Positions 11,942 through 25,637 are shown, numbered from the stretch's first letter. The stretch is 64,000 nt of DNA from Selaginella moellendorffii (GCF_000143415.4 NW_003314262.1:5800304-5864303); one strand, 5' to 3'. The notes: generated by a model not told the origin, from the sequence alone. Numbers and translations: made by a program.

Positions 11942-14582
11942 AGCTTGATTAGCCATAAAAGATTGTGAGTTTGGCTTGGATAACGGCCTATTGACTCTGC
12001 TATCAAGCTTTGAAAATAAAGAAATCGCTTTGAAAAAATCTACCGCGTAAATGTTTGAGAAAGTACGGCATGATGCAACCCTGTGGAGTTCATGGGACGA
12101 CTGCGAACTGAACATAGAAATACCAAATTTCAAATGCGGCATGATGACTAGCTCCAGACAGTTTTTCCACCATATTTTGCAGGGGAGCAAATAAGAGAAT
12201 ACCTGGATAGGCAGTGATGCGAAGAAACACAAAGAAAAGCCTCCAAGACGGATTCTTTGTACAACCGGACAAGCTCGGTGTTACGAAAGGGAAAGTCCCC
12301 AGAAAATCTGGGCCTGAGACACGAATGTAGCGAAATGTAAAAAAAATAAATATAAACCTTCAATCAGTAAAAAGGATTGCAGCAGCGTTGCCTTCGATCC
12401 TGCCAAGGGATAGTCTTGCTGCCACAGATCTCGCGATATGTGACACGCAAAGAACTAAAAGTTCGTGCTCAAAAGCTCCGGCACGTCCGAGCTAGTAAGC
12501 CGCTCGCTGATGGGAGTTGCTTGTTAAAATCGTTGGCTACGGGATCGTTTGGTCATGCTGAGCCCTCGTGCTCGTCCCTGATGGAACCAACCCCTGTGCT
12601 CTTGGTTTCAGTGTTCCCTCGAGCCTGTTGTCCGAATGAGCACAATCTGGCTGTCTGATCGTCGAATCATACAGTCCCAAGTCGACTTTTATCAACTCTC
12701 AACCAAGGGTTCGTCATGAGTCAACTTGGTTGCTCGGCTCCTCAGCCACCGGCTCAACTGCGACACAGCCATCGTAGTGAACACCACGTGAACGTTTAGA
12801 TGTAAGACATAGAAACACCAGATTTCACGGAACGATGACTAGCTCCAAAATGCTCCGAAAAGTTTCTCCATCATATCTTAGCAGTGGTTAATGCAAACAA
12901 ACGACAAGACGGATCTCTTCCTTTTTGCTACATTCGACTTACCTAGCTGCAAGCGGCGTTTGGGAGTTCAGCTTCCTCGCCTTTTCCCTTGTCTATAGGT
13001 GCCGAGGATTCATTTGCGATATCCAAGGCCAGGCTGGTTGTCAAGCATACTCGTTGCCATGGCGGTAGTGTCAGCTTGCTCCAATCCAGTATTAATCCAA
13101 AAACTCATCTTTGCATGCTGTGGAAACACTGGTACAGAAAAGAAAACTGTTCACAGCTATTTCATGAGGACCTATTTGTACTTACGCAGTGAATTTGGTT
13201 CATGTGCATCGGGCTCCATCTTTATCAGAACGCAAACAGAGGCTGTCATGATCTCCAGATAATCCTGGAAGCAAAGAAAACAGTCGGAAGCGAATATTTT
13301 TCTCAAGAGTATTCCTTACCCGAGCCATTATGTCTAGTCGCTTGTGTTATAGCCCATTCGTTTTTCCATGTACCTTCTCAGCTATGGCAAAGCCACTGAT
13401 CCACTTGACGAGCGTTCCCAACTGCTGCGACATGGACAGCTCCCATTTCCGGAGAGAAAACATGGAAGAGCGAGCCAACGGAGAGAATTTCTAAAGTTTA
13501 CAGCACCAAACTCATTCCCAAAGAAGATGGAATCGCTGCTCCGCACCCACGAGAGCTTGCAGTCCCTCTACTTTTCCTTCTTCTTCCTGAAATCGCTCTC
13601 CCTATGATATTCTCCAAAGCTATCACCTCGCTGTCCTTGAATCTTCGCCGGTTTCCGTCCCATGCCTGATGTGATTTATCTTGACCAGGTTGAGGAGGTC
13701 AACGAGGAATAATGCGAGCACACTCAGCTGATCCTTTCTATAAATTTCCTTTCACTCAAACCAATCAAGATCATCAGTTGACTGAGATCGATCGGTCTAG
13801 AATGATAAGAAAAGCTGCCAGTTCTCGTTTGATCGTGCGCGACCTTTCTCTTCATCGCTTTGAAAAACTCTATGAAAGTTTTTTCTTCCTTGCGCCTTCG
13901 AAAGTCTTCTTTTATCACTTTGCCATTTGACGCCTAGTTGGAGTTTTTTATTTAAGGACTTCTGATTGATGCAAATTTAAGTATGCTCTTGGTAATCTTG
14001 TGGGAGTTGCTTGTCAAAATCGTTGGCTACGGGGTCATGCTGAGCCCTCGTGCTCGTCCCTCATGGAACCAACGCTTGTGAAAGGTATTGACTGGTGCTC
14101 TTGGTTTCAGTGTTCCCTCGAGCCTGTTGTCCGAATCAGCACAATCTGGCTGTATGATCGTCGAATCATACGGTCCCAAGTAGGTGACAAGGATTCGTTT
14201 AAGGTTTCGTCATGAGTCAACTTGGTTGCTCCCGGCTCAACTGTGACATGAACACCACATATCCCTGTGAGATGTAAGACATAGAAACACCAGATTGCAA
14301 GGAACGATGACTAGCTCCAAAATGCTCTGAAAAGTTTCGAACTTTCACCTGAATGTCTAACGATAGATTTAAATAGATTGTGGAGAACACTAAAATCTAG
14401 CTTTTTGATTGGCCTCCGCGCTAGCTGAAACATTTATGTTATAATAAATAAAACTCGGACTTGAAGAGGAAAATTACAAAGCATTTTAGGCAAGCAGCGA
14501 TGAGTACCAGACGTAAACAAGGCTTTCTCGGAACTGAATGTCTACACCCTTCAAGTCTAACAGTAGCCACAAATATTAATAT

Positions 14583-15411
14583 TCACTTCGGTGCCTTGAG
14601 GCTCTTGAGATTTTCTGGTAAAGTATTCCCTGTTGCCTCGGCAAACTCCCTCAAGGCTTGAATGGCCTTCTCTTGTCGCACGGCATGCCGCTTGTCCTTA
14701 TCAACTGTATCCACTGGTTGCAGCCTTGCCAAACCATCGCAGCAGCCCTCTAGAGCTTCACTTGGAGACTGCAGCATGTAGTCATGAAGCAGGCTGGCGT
14801 AGACAATTGCAGCGCTGCACCCCAAGAGTAGAGTGGCTTGTGCTTTCCATCCCAGCGGTGGAGCAGCCGCGGCCACAACACAAGAACCGATGTACAGCAG
14901 ACACCTTGTGGTGAAGATCACGGTCATGACGAACCAACTGGCCCCGTCGTACCAATCGTCAGGAGCCAGTTGTATTGCCGGAGTGTAGAATCCACAGAAA
15001 AATATTAGCCCCAGTGGGATCACCACCCTTGGATCTGTGCTCATTGTGGAAAGGATACCACTGATGCCTCCAACAAGAAAACCATATGTAACGGGTTTCT
15101 TTCGACCAAAGAGGAGATACAAAAGCACTGGAGGGGGAGACCTCTTGTTAGATAAGAAAAAGAGAAAAAAAAAAACACAAAAGCTTACTTGTGAAGAATG
15201 TGATCACTATGAAGGCAAGGCATCCCACTTCTGCAGATAACTGAGGGGGCCAATATATGGTAGCTACATAAAATCCATATAGAGTGAAGCAGTGATTCAC
15301 AAGATTCATCAAGAACTGGCGCCGTATAATCCAGTGGCGTCTAAGATCCCAGGCCTTGTAGATATCACCAAGCGCATACTCACCATTTGGGCTCAACAAT
15401 CCCTGCTCCAT
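14583..15411 (-). CDS. Uncharacterised multi-pass membrane protein, about 255 aa, 2 exons (15411-15189, 15127-14583)
   Basis: GT-AG intron 15128-15188 joins ORFs 15148..15411 and 14583..15128 in frame. Several hydrophobic helices and a charged C-terminal tail. Confidence 0.8.
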
Positions 15412-16048
15412 GGTAGGAAACCTAGAAATTCCCTTTCCCCAAACCCGCGCCTAGACCGTTTCATCCAACGGCTGTTCTTTTGGGATATGGGATAAGATCC
15501 CATTTATATATGGTCCGATCCAATATACGATATACGATACATGGGCTGGATTTAGTGGTCTCTGCCGAGCATGGGCATATGACTATTCCGCGATTGCTCC
15601 TCTGGCAACGTAAGCGCATTCTACGGTTCACTGCAGCCATGGTAAAGAAAAGTGAAGCTCAGCCAGTGATGAATGCCAGACGCTCAAACTTCCACTGGCC
15701 CACACTTGCTTGAACTGTGAACTTCAAGCGGACAGATCTCGCAACCCAGCCGTTAGATCTTCTTGAAATCTCGTAGGTGCAGTCTCCTTGGTGTCTTCTA
15801 GCTCACAGTTTTGATTGCTCCCTTTCCCTCCGTTTTGCGGAGCTCAGCAGCAGAAGCTCCCGCAAGGTAAGTGCCCTGGCAGTGGCTCAATGGCTCATGG
15901 TTTTGATTCCCAGCTGCAAGCTTGATGGGGCCGTGTGGTCGGGTCGGGATCATCTTTTTCCTCTCCAAAGCCTCCGCAAGTCCTTGTTTTCTACAGAGAG
16001 ATCGATTACTCTCCCGGGAGAAAGACTGAATGGCAACTGGATTGTAAT

Positions 16049-16212
16049 TGTAGGAATAATGATGAACATGACAAGCAAGATGATTCATATCAGAAGTAGT
16101 CCGAATCGTGATCAGATCTCTGGTGATTTTTTATTTGATTAAAGTTGTATATATATACAACCATACATGAATCAAAAGTGAAATCTGTTGTTCTTGCTCC
16201 ACTTTTCTTTCA
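16049..16212 (+). repeat. 5' LTR of the copia element
   Basis: TGTAGGAATAATGATGAAC...CTTTTCTTTCA, immediately followed by a tRNA-iMet-type PBS. Confidence 0.93.
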
Positions 16213-19200
16213 TGGTATCGGAGCTCAGTTTCTGAATTCTTTCTTCTCCTTTCTTTGTGCCTCACATCATGAGCTGCAGCAAAGTTGGATTGATCTTGCT
16301 TCAGGGAGTCACTGCCTTTGATGGGAGGAGAGGGTTCAACACTTGGTCTGAGAAAATGATGCGCGTGCTGAGAACCCTGGGAAATCGTTTCACCACTGAC
16401 AATCACTGCAGATGCTCATACGCGGTGAGCCCCTGCTGCATTGGGAGCTTCAACTTCGGTGGAAGGAGAAGTCATGGATGAAGAGGCAATTTGTGCCTCT
16501 ATTGCAGCAGTTTGACAACAGCTTGATCCTGGGGAACAAGCTGCGCTGGAGATGAAGGAATCTCGAGTAAAAGGATTGATTCTTTCTAAGCTTGCAGATG
16601 CCTTTATGATGCGTTTGTGTCATAAGAGTGCTTGTGAGATCTGGGCTCATTTTCACAACAAGTATGCTGTTCTTTCCCTCTCCAAGATTAGCATGGTTAA
16701 GACTTGCATTCGTGAGACCCGTTTTCATCCAGGCGAGAACTTTGAAGAGTTCCTAGCCAAGATGCAAGATCTGTGAATGGAGTTTGAAGGCAGTCTAGTG
16801 GCGTTCAACGAAAGCAAGAAAGTTCTAGTGCTTTGCGAGGCCATGCAAGATTCTTCTTTTAGTTCTTTCGTCTCTACCGTTCGCATAATGTTGCTCAACT
16901 TTGAACAAGCTGAGCAAACTTTACACTGGAGCTGGTTGTGAGAGGTTTGATTGTGGACTTTGATCAAAGGCCTTCCCATGTTTTGATCTCATAGTCTACA
17001 TCAAATGTTTCTACATCAAGCAATCAGTCAAAGACTGATTCAGCTTTGTGGGTTGGAAATTATGGAGGTAGAGGAGGCTGCGGAAGAGGAGGACGAGGCA
17101 GAGGTCGCGAGTTTAGGGGAAATCTGCAGCAGCAGCAGAATTCAGGGAATTCTGGTAAAGAAGCAGCAGTTCGAGATTGTTTTATGGGCAAGAACAAACA
17201 GGAATGCTGGACCTGTGGGATGCCAGGACACTACTCCAAGGATTGCCCAGTTGCAGCTTGGCTACAGCGCATGAACATAGGGCTCGCAGCAAATGCTCAG
17301 TAAGGGGAAACACAGGAACTTGCGGCATCATCTGAGGTAGTAGTTCCAAACATTTCTGAAAAACTGACCATCAATTCAGGTTCAGAGAGATACCTGATGC
17401 AAAGCCAGTCGAACTTTGTGCAGTTTCGTGTTACAAAAGGGAAGTGCATTTGTGTGGGAGATGGAAGCATTTTACTTGTTCGCGCAATTGGGGATGTGTG
17501 AGTTCCATTGGGAAGAAAGTCTCTACTCTTGAAGAATGTGTGGTATGTTCCAAGAATCTGGTTTCTGTAGCCAGGCTTACAGATGAAGGTCTAGATGTGA
17601 ATTTCTCCAAACATCAATGTCAAGTTCTTGCAAATGGTCGTCCATTACTGCATTTTCCCAGATGTGGTAACCTGTTTGAGAAGGAGATAGCTTCTGGAGA
17701 AAATCAAACACTCTTGAGATATGCATGACTGCAGATAGTTCTCTTTGGCATGCTCGAGTTGCACATGTTAATCCCCCTCTCATCAGGCATATGTAGAAGT
17801 AGGAGCTTGTGGATGGCTTCAACAACCACATTCTTCAAAGTTCAGTGAAATGTCACACTTGCATTCTTGGCAAGCAAACTTGTCGTACTTTCAAACCTAT
17901 TGTGATCAAAAGCACTCGTCCCTTGTAGCTCGTTCACTCAAATGTTTGTGGACCCATGCGACTGCCGAGATGCTCATCAACCCTTTTTGCAAAGCTTAAA
18001 CAACCAAAACACCTAAAATGCATCATCGATTGTCTTTGACCAGTCCAAAGCTCTTCTGGGATCTTGTTGGGATTGCAAGAATGGGGGAGGAGGTTTTGAA
18101 TGTGCATAGCTGATCTAACTGCTTCAGCCCAAAGGAATTGTGGTAGTCTTGATTCTTGAAGGAAGCACTGAATTGCATTCATGATTGTCCTGTTCTTGCA
18201 CTTAGAGACTCCATTCTGTTGAGGGGTATGAGAGCAAGAGCACTGATGAAGAATTCTTCATTCAGCACAGAACTGCTGAAAGGACTTGTTGACGTATTCC
18301 CCTCCTGAATCAGTATGTAAACAACCAACCCTCTAACCAGTTTTCATTTCGGCTTCTGCTATGAATTGCTTGAATTTGTTAAAGACTTCATCTTTGTGAC
18401 GAAGAAAGAAGATGTTCGTATGACTGGAGAAATCATCTGTAAACATCACAAAATACTTCGTGCCATTTTGTGCAAACGTACCAGCCTGGGAATCATCAAA
18501 TTTTTGTAAGCACTGACGTTCGTTTTGATGAAGGAACACTCTACAAAGATCACGTTCAAGAAGAAGGAAGCTCAAATCAAAACATGAAGTGGACTCTGGA
18601 AGAATGGAGTTGGGATGGTGTTGAAGACATTGATGAAGATGACAATGATTTGACAATCATCTATACCCTCATTTCCTTCAACAGACGACCATCCAACACT
18701 AGTCTCTAGATCTTTTCTTCATGAAGAACAGGGTGATGCTGCTCATCGTGCATGAACTGGAGAAGTCGACAGGCTCACACGTGATCTACCATTCAACATG
18801 GAGAACTATGGGCAGACATCATCTGAACGATCAAGCAGAGCACCTCATCCCAAGCAGCGGTCTTTTGCAGCAACAGAAATAGCTTCTGAACCAGTCAACT
18901 TTGAGCAGGCGATTCAAGCTCCTAACGTAGATAAGTGGATTTCAGCAATGCAAAATGAGTTGAATTCTCTTGATGAGAACCAGACTTATGACTTGGTGGA
19001 AGCTCCTGAAGGACATGAAGTTGTCGGATCACGCTGGGTGTTCAAGCTTCATAGAAATCCTAATGGATTGGTTCAGCGTTATAAGGCAAGACTTGTTGCT
19101 CAAGGATATTCACAAGTTCCTAGAGTGGAATTTGATGAGACATTCTCACCAATTGTGAAGCAAACAAGTATCAGAATGCTTCTAGCTTTTTCAGCAGAGT

Positions 19201-19865
19201 TTGGTTTGCACACACATCACACGGACATAAAAACAGCCTTCCTTAATGGGAACTTGAAGGAGGAGATATTTATGCGACAACCCCTAGGCTTTGAGCTTTT
19301 TGGATCACGGTGCTCCGAACTTGTCTACAAGCTTCGCAAAGCTCTTTATAAGCTTCCCATCAGTGGTATGAATGTTTGGATTCTTTTCTTACAGGTCTCG
19401 GTATGCAAAGGTTGAACAGCGATGGAAATCTATATCTTCTTCAGTAGGGTGATCACTTTGTTGTGATGGCAGTTTATGTGGACAACTATTTGATTGTCAG
19501 CAACAATGACACTATTTTGAAGGATGTGAAGATCAAGCTCATGGACAGGTTTGTGATGAAGGACTTAAGAGCAATATCTGAAGAAGCTTTTCAACCAGTT
19601 CAACATGACAAGTTGCAAATCTATGGCTACACCAATCATCACCAGCATTAAGTTCACAAGCAAGATGGATGATTTATTGATTAGCCCTTGGTCTACCAAT
19701 CGCTTATTGGAGGACTACTCTACCTCACCAACATGACTCGCCCTGACATCTCTTTTGCCATTGGTCTCCTCAGCTGATACATTCAGTCTTCAAGTTGTTA
19801 TCATTGATAGATGGCAAAGAGAATTTTGAGGTATTTGAAAGGAACGGCTCCGGAATTTACATAAT

Positions 19866-20489
19866 TGTAGCGCACCTTATCTCTCTCCCCTTAAGCCAAC
19901 TAAAAAAGAGGCAATTGCTTGATGAGAGAGCCCTTAGTGGCTATTTTATCCCCATTTATCCCCCAAGGTTCCAAGGATCCACGGTGACAGTATATCCAAA
20001 TCTCATCCTATGACTACACTCACCCCCCCCTTCAGAGATGTCAATGTCATCATTGACTATTGACTAACAACCGCTACTGAGCCAAGGGCAACTAATATTC
20101 CATGTGAGGCAACTAATCATACCCCCCTTTCAGAGATGTCAATGTCCTCATTGATTATTGACTAACAACCCCTACTGCCATACAAGAAAAAGGACATACA
20201 CATGGATGCCCAATACGTATGATTTCAAATTTAGGGGTAGGAATATACCTTGCTCAAGGGTATATTATACTTTTAAGTAGCCACTAATCAATGGGAATCT
20301 AACCCGTGCCATTTGTTCTGATACTAACTGTAATGCACTTTATCTCTCTCCCCTTAATCTAACTTGAAAAGAGGCAATTGCTTGATGAGAGAGCCCTTAG
20401 TGGCTATTTTATCCCCATTTATCCCCTAAGGTTCAAGGATCCACAGTGACAGTATATCCAAATCTCATCCCATGATCACATGCACTACA
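19866..20489 (-). mobile_element. TRIM-type non-autonomous LTR element nested in the copia RT/RNase H junction
   Basis: Direct repeats 19866-20018 and 20329-20489 with TGTA...TACA ends. TSD ATAAT at 19861-65 and 20490-94. Minus-strand PBS TAGTATCAGAAC (20315-26) and [17 protein letters not shown] (20019-32). No ORF. Confidence 0.9.
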
Positions 20490-20900
20490 ATAATTGCTGG
20501 TGCTCCGGTTTCATGGGGAAGCAAGAAGCAAATGACAGTTGCTCTTTCCAGTGCAGAAGCAGAGTACGTAGCTGCCAGTACAGTAGCAAGGGAGATCATC
20601 TAGCTTTGTCGATTACTTGGAGAACTCAATCAACAGCAATCAAATGCGACCATTCTGCATTGTGAAAGTAGAAGTGCAATTGCCATGTCAAAGAATCCTG
20701 TGTTTCATGCTCATACGAAACATATAGATGTGCAGCATCACTTCATTCGCAAACGTGTAGCAGCCAGAGATCTTCACCTGGAATACATTCCTTCACAATA
20801 TCAGTTGGTAGACCTTCTAACCAAGCCATTTTCGGAGCTTACATTCATCAAGCTGAGGAATCAACTTGGAGTGTCAAGCACCCTCAGCTTGAAGGGGAAG

Positions 20901-21075
20901 TGTAGGAATAATGATGAACACAACAAGCAAGACGATTTATATTAGAAGCAGTCCGAATCGTGATCAGATCTCTAGTGATTTCTGATTTGATTGAAGTTGT
21001 ATATATATACAGCCATACATGAATCAATGGGTGTGTTGAAGTGAAATCCATTGTTCTTGCTCGGCTTTTCTTTCA
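20901..21075 (+). repeat. 3' LTR of the copia element
   Basis: TGTAGGAATAATGATGAAC...CTTTTCTTTCA, preceded by the PPT and followed by TSD GTAAT. Confidence 0.93.
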
Positions 21076-21901
21076 GTAATCACTCCAGTTCATCAATGAG
21101 TTTGCCCAACTCGGCCATGGCGTCTAGAAGGTACTTTCTTCTTCCTCTCTTTACTCCCTTGATCGCTACATCCATCAGTTCCTTCCATGCTAGTTTTTCC
21201 TTCCTTTTGAGCGAGCTGAGCCGAGGGAGACAATCCCTTGTTCAAGAAGCACATCAAAAGACTAAAGTCTTATCTGGAGACTAGGCTTTGCAGTTGAATT
21301 ATCGTCCGTGTTTCGCCTGCTGTGGATTATCACTTAGGACTCACGACGAATAACCAAAAGGCCTTGGGAACATTGGTGCGCAGGTGATCAAAGTTTTTGG
21401 AAACTTTGAAAGCTAAAGTTCTAGTAAAAAAACTGTCTACTCGTTCGTTCAGGAGGAGTCCAGCTCTGGAACCCACGCTGGAGATTTGAAAAAGGAGTGG
21501 AACGTATGGACGTTTTCAACACCATCCTCTGGGGGCTGTAAGTTTGGTTCCATCATCTCAAAAGTCTTTTTTTTGTTCACTTTTTTCTTCCAGATCTTTT
21601 GGAAAGCTGCTCCAGATCTTGCTGCTTTTGGCAAAGGCCAGACCCCATCCTGGAGATGATAAATTGGAAACCATCCAGCTAGCATCTGGTATAGCTCAGG
21701 TAAGAAACGATCTAAGGAAGCATCGACCTCTATCCATCCTGGCCTGACCAGCAGCTAGCAGGAAATGATCTAAGGAAGCATTGAGCTCTATCCATCCTGG
21801 CCTGACCAGCAGCTACCAGATTCAAGTCTACACAGATTGTGTGAGCCCGAATAATCGAAGCTTTTTACTGTTCCCTAGGGTTTTCCGGGAGCAAGCGCGG
21901 A

Positions 21902-23085
21902 ATGGCGTCTCTCGAGGTAAGAATCCTGGCATCCCATTACTTTTAACAATCTCTGGTTTAGGAGCCTTTGATCGTAGTCTCCGACGCGATAGCCAGTCTC
22001 CCGGACGCGACAGCGAGTCTCCAGGACGAGGTAAAGCATTTCTTTATTCCCCATTGTCTCATTTGTGGTTGCCACGTCAGCTCCACGTTGTGCCACATCA
22101 GCACCACGTCGTACCACACCAGCGCCAGCAGGACGCGCCAGAGCGACACCAGGTAAAAAGCACCTTGATTTCTTTTGTATGAATTTGATGTGCTCAGCAC
22201 CAGGACGAGCGCCACCAGGAGACGCTGATGGAAAAGGCATTCAAGGTGATTTTGCAAGTTTTGTTTTTTTTGTTTCATGTTTTTGTTTTTGCTTTTGTAG
22301 ATATCAGCTGTCCTTGCATCGGTAATTCTGTATGTCTTGCCGGTTTTCCTCGCGAAAACAGCGTTACTCCCGGGGACTCAACTAGCCATTTTATATGGCA
22401 CTTCGAGTAATTGCTTTTTTTCTTTATCTTTCAACCACTAAGGTTTATAAATTTTTTTTTGCAGCTTTGAACTGCATAAGCTGGTTTGTCTATGGCCGAA
22501 TTGAACAAGATGTGGTGGTCGAAAACGTGAACTTCCTTGGGCTCGTAACAGGGCTCATGTTTACCGTGCATACTGTCGGCGATGTTACCTGGTGGCCTGT
22601 GCTATCGCTGGGTGGTTCATTCGTGTGGCCGCTTCTTGTTGCAGTGGCTTACTACGCTTTTCTCTACGGGTTGTACGGGAACTTCAAAAAGGAGAAAGTG
22701 TGCTGCTGCGAACTCACGGTCATGGAGTTTTCTGGTGTCGCCACCACTGTCCTTGCTTCAGGGGTGCCCTTGTGCTTTCGTGCTGTAAGATTGTGTATTC
22801 TTTTGCAGTGGCTTCTTGAGAGTTTTCTTTTTGTGATGCAGGTGACGATGATCAGCACTACCAGCAAAGCCACAGGGTCTCCTCTCGTTCCACTGATGGC
22901 GACGGCATGTAACATCCTGTGGGCTGCTTACACCCATATGGCAAAAAAGAAAGCCATGCGTGTAAGTATTCGTTCTTTCGTACTCCAACTAAGCTATGAG
23001 CTTTTGTATGTAGGCTGCTAGCATTTCAGCAGCTCTGCTAGCTGGAGCCCTCTCCATCCTCTCGGTGAAAGAGAGGATGCTTTGA
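21902..23085 (+). CDS. Highly divergent SWEET/MtN3-like transporter with His/Gln-rich N-terminal extension, about 273 aa, 8 exons
   Basis: Exons 21902-21916, 21962-22030, 22081-22152, 22198-22245, 22301-22406, 22465-22784, 22842-22961 and 23014-23085, all GT-AG and in frame. SWEET-like motifs SVILYVLP, LNCISWFVYG, VENVNFLG, VLASGVPL, CNILWAAY. The 120-nt penultimate exon is typical of SWEET genes. Confidence 0.7.
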
Positions 23086-24379
23086 CATCATGCTTACTTC
23101 TCAGCTCACTTGCGTCACACTTTTTTTCTCTACAGAATGTAGAGCTTGTCGTTTTTTTGGAACTCTACGCGTCCCGTAGAGTTCACGCGAGAATAAAACG
23201 AACGAAGTCTTGACGCACACTGCCACGTAAGATCTCGCATGAATCGGTTCTGTAACGTGGCCAAACTGTTGAAATGAATCGGAGGAAACCAAGTAACTGT
23301 CAAAGCTCGGATGGAGATGGATAAGCTACAGGATAGTTTTTACTTATCCCATTCTGCTGTCCATGTCGCAGCAATCGGGAACGCTCGTCAAGTGGACGAG
23401 TGGCTTTGCCATAGCTGAGAAGGTAGAGTAGTCGCCTGCCCATTCGTTTTTCCATGTAGGCAGACATAACGGCTCGGGTAAGGAATACTCTTGAGAAAAA
23501 TATTCACTTCCGATTGTTTTCTTTGTTTCCAGGATTATCTGGAGATCACGAGAGTTTCTGTTCGTGTTCGGATAAAGATGGAGGCTGATGCACATGAACC
23601 AAATTCACTGCGTAAGTACAAATAGGTCCTCATGAAATAGCTGTGAACGGTTTTCCTTTTCTTTACCAGTGGACTCGAATCGGGATCCCTCGGACTTGTT
23701 TTCCACAGCATGCAACGATGTGTTTTTGGATTAGCAGTGGATTGGAGCAAGCTGACACTACGGCCATGGCAACGAGTATGCTTGACAACCAGCCTGGCCT
23801 TGGATATCGTGTCGTCGCAGTTTAACTTCAAACGAATCCTCGGCACCTACACTCACCGGGAAAGCAACTTGAGACTGTCCTAAAGGAGTCGACGGGTCTG
23901 GACGACCATTGTGCTGAGCTCGAGGGCACACTTATCAACGTCTGACCATTACGACTCAAGCAGAGGATACACAAAAGGATCCCGTAGCCACCGATTTGGA
24001 CAAGCACTCGAGCTTTAGTTCCATCAGCACGGACATGGACGAACTTTCAGTTATTTGAGTGGCACCTATCGCAAGTATTCAAGAGGACGTCTCTGTCAGC
24101 AAGACGACTTTCAACGCTGTTGCAATTCTTTTCGAAGATTTTGGAGCAGACTCTGTGACGGACGTTAAGGGAAAGGAGAAACAGCTGCGACAATGAGCTA
24201 AGTCCAATGTAGCAAAAAGGAAGAGATCCGTCTTGTAGGTAACCGCTTCTCTTACACTCGTTTGTTTGCATTAACATCTGCTTATTTGCAAGATGTGATG
24301 GAGAAACTTTTCAGAGCATTTTTGGAGCTAGCCATCGTTCCTGGTATTTCTATGTTTTTCTTACATCTCACAGCGATGT

Positions 24380-25637
24380 CTAGTGCCCTAGTCGCGGTAG
24401 CAGGGATGGATTGGATGGATGCATTCCACGGTATTGTGATCGGGGTTGTTGCCTTGCACGGGAGCACTCTGCCCAAATCCAGTTCAGGCTCAGGCCTTCT
24501 TAGACGAAGGTACTTCGTTTTTCTTTACTGAAGTTCTATTGAAGCGAGGTGTTCGTTTCGTCCAGGATGACTTTGTCCTGGAGAAGAACAGTGGAGGAGG
24601 AGCGTTTGGATCCATCCGTCTACAAAGGATCGTTTGCGAAATCCTCAAAAGAAGGTGCGTGGGTTTTGTTCTTTGATTTTTCTCGATGACGGATTTACGA
24701 TGGTTTGCTGATCCCTCTCTTTCTCTCTGGCGTTTCATATATCTTTGGTTCTAGAGAGTCAATCCGAAGGAGGAGTTTTTGCTGGTGTGGCGTTACGAAG
24801 GTGTGGCGCCTCTCGTAAACTTCATGCCTTACAATGTTAGTGAGTTTTCGGTTTCATGCAGAAAATCTCAAATCGCGACAGACAGGTTGAGAAGGCGTTG
24901 AGCTTGAAGACTACACAGCTTGCCAAAGGTGCCGAGCGAGAATTCCAGATGGAGCTATTAAAATGTTTGAGGGAGACTGGGATTCATCTTTCCGACGGTA
25001 AGCTTGTAGATATGTAGTCGTTGCTTCTTAACAGTTGGATGTTTTGCAGAGTCGAAGTCCTTCAAGATTATTGATCTCGGTCGGTGAGGACTTGCTACTT
25101 GGCATCGACTACATTCCGCAAGAGTTCCTACTGGATCCAAGGTCTGAGTTGTAATTTCTTTTCAACTTCGCGTACAGAAAGTTTCCTGACATATTTTCTT
25201 TGTTCAAGGTACGCTGCACCAGAGCTGTACGTTATGAGCACTCAGACTCCCTCCGCTCCATCGCCTGTCACTGCAACAGCACTCTCTCCAGTTCTATGGC
25301 AGGTTTATACCAGTCAATATTTTCTGTGACAGATCACGAACTTTGATCCTTACAGCTAAACCTGCCAGACCGCTACAGCCTCGGATTGATGTTCTTGCAA
25401 ATGGTAAGTCCAGCTGATACATCTATCAATGGCAGGTGTTTTCGAAACTGAGAAGCGATAGTGCTCTCATCCAGTTCAATGAAGCGCATGAATCACGACT
25501 TAGTTGCGTGGAGAAACTTGGTGGACGCTCGGCGAAATCCGGGCGTTCAACGTGGCTTCGAGATTCTGGACGGAGGAGCTGGCTGGGAGCTGCTCCAAGC
25601 GATGATGCAGTTTAAAGGTCGCCAACGTATCAGTGCC
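24380..25637 (+). pseudogene. STN7: STN7 pseudogene copy 2 (5'-truncated, introns retained)
   Basis: [23 protein letters not shown]..., [30 protein letters not shown]. Same 3' junction as copy 1. Confidence 0.9.

Larger units (their letters stand above)
16049..21075 (+). mobile_element. Full-length degenerate Ty1/copia LTR retrotransposon
   Basis: LTRs 16049-16212 and 20901-21075 (TG...CA), PBS TGGTATCGGAGC 16213-16224, PPT GAAGGGGAAG 20891-20900, TSD GTAAT at 16044-48 and 21076-80. Gag zinc knuckle CWTCGMPGHYSKDC, GAG-pre-integrase, RT (RYKARLVAQG, DIKTAFLNG, YVDN) and RNase H (SSAEAEY, KHIDVQHHFIR) in copia order, with stops and frameshifts. Confidence 0.96.

Noticed and set aside
19866-20489. 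Cassandra (5S-containing) TRIM
   Set aside because: No 5S rRNA-like segment is visible in the LTRs.
22395-23021. 208-aa ORF as a single-exon gene
   Set aside because: It reads through predicted introns; the 8-exon model gives a better SWEET-like protein.
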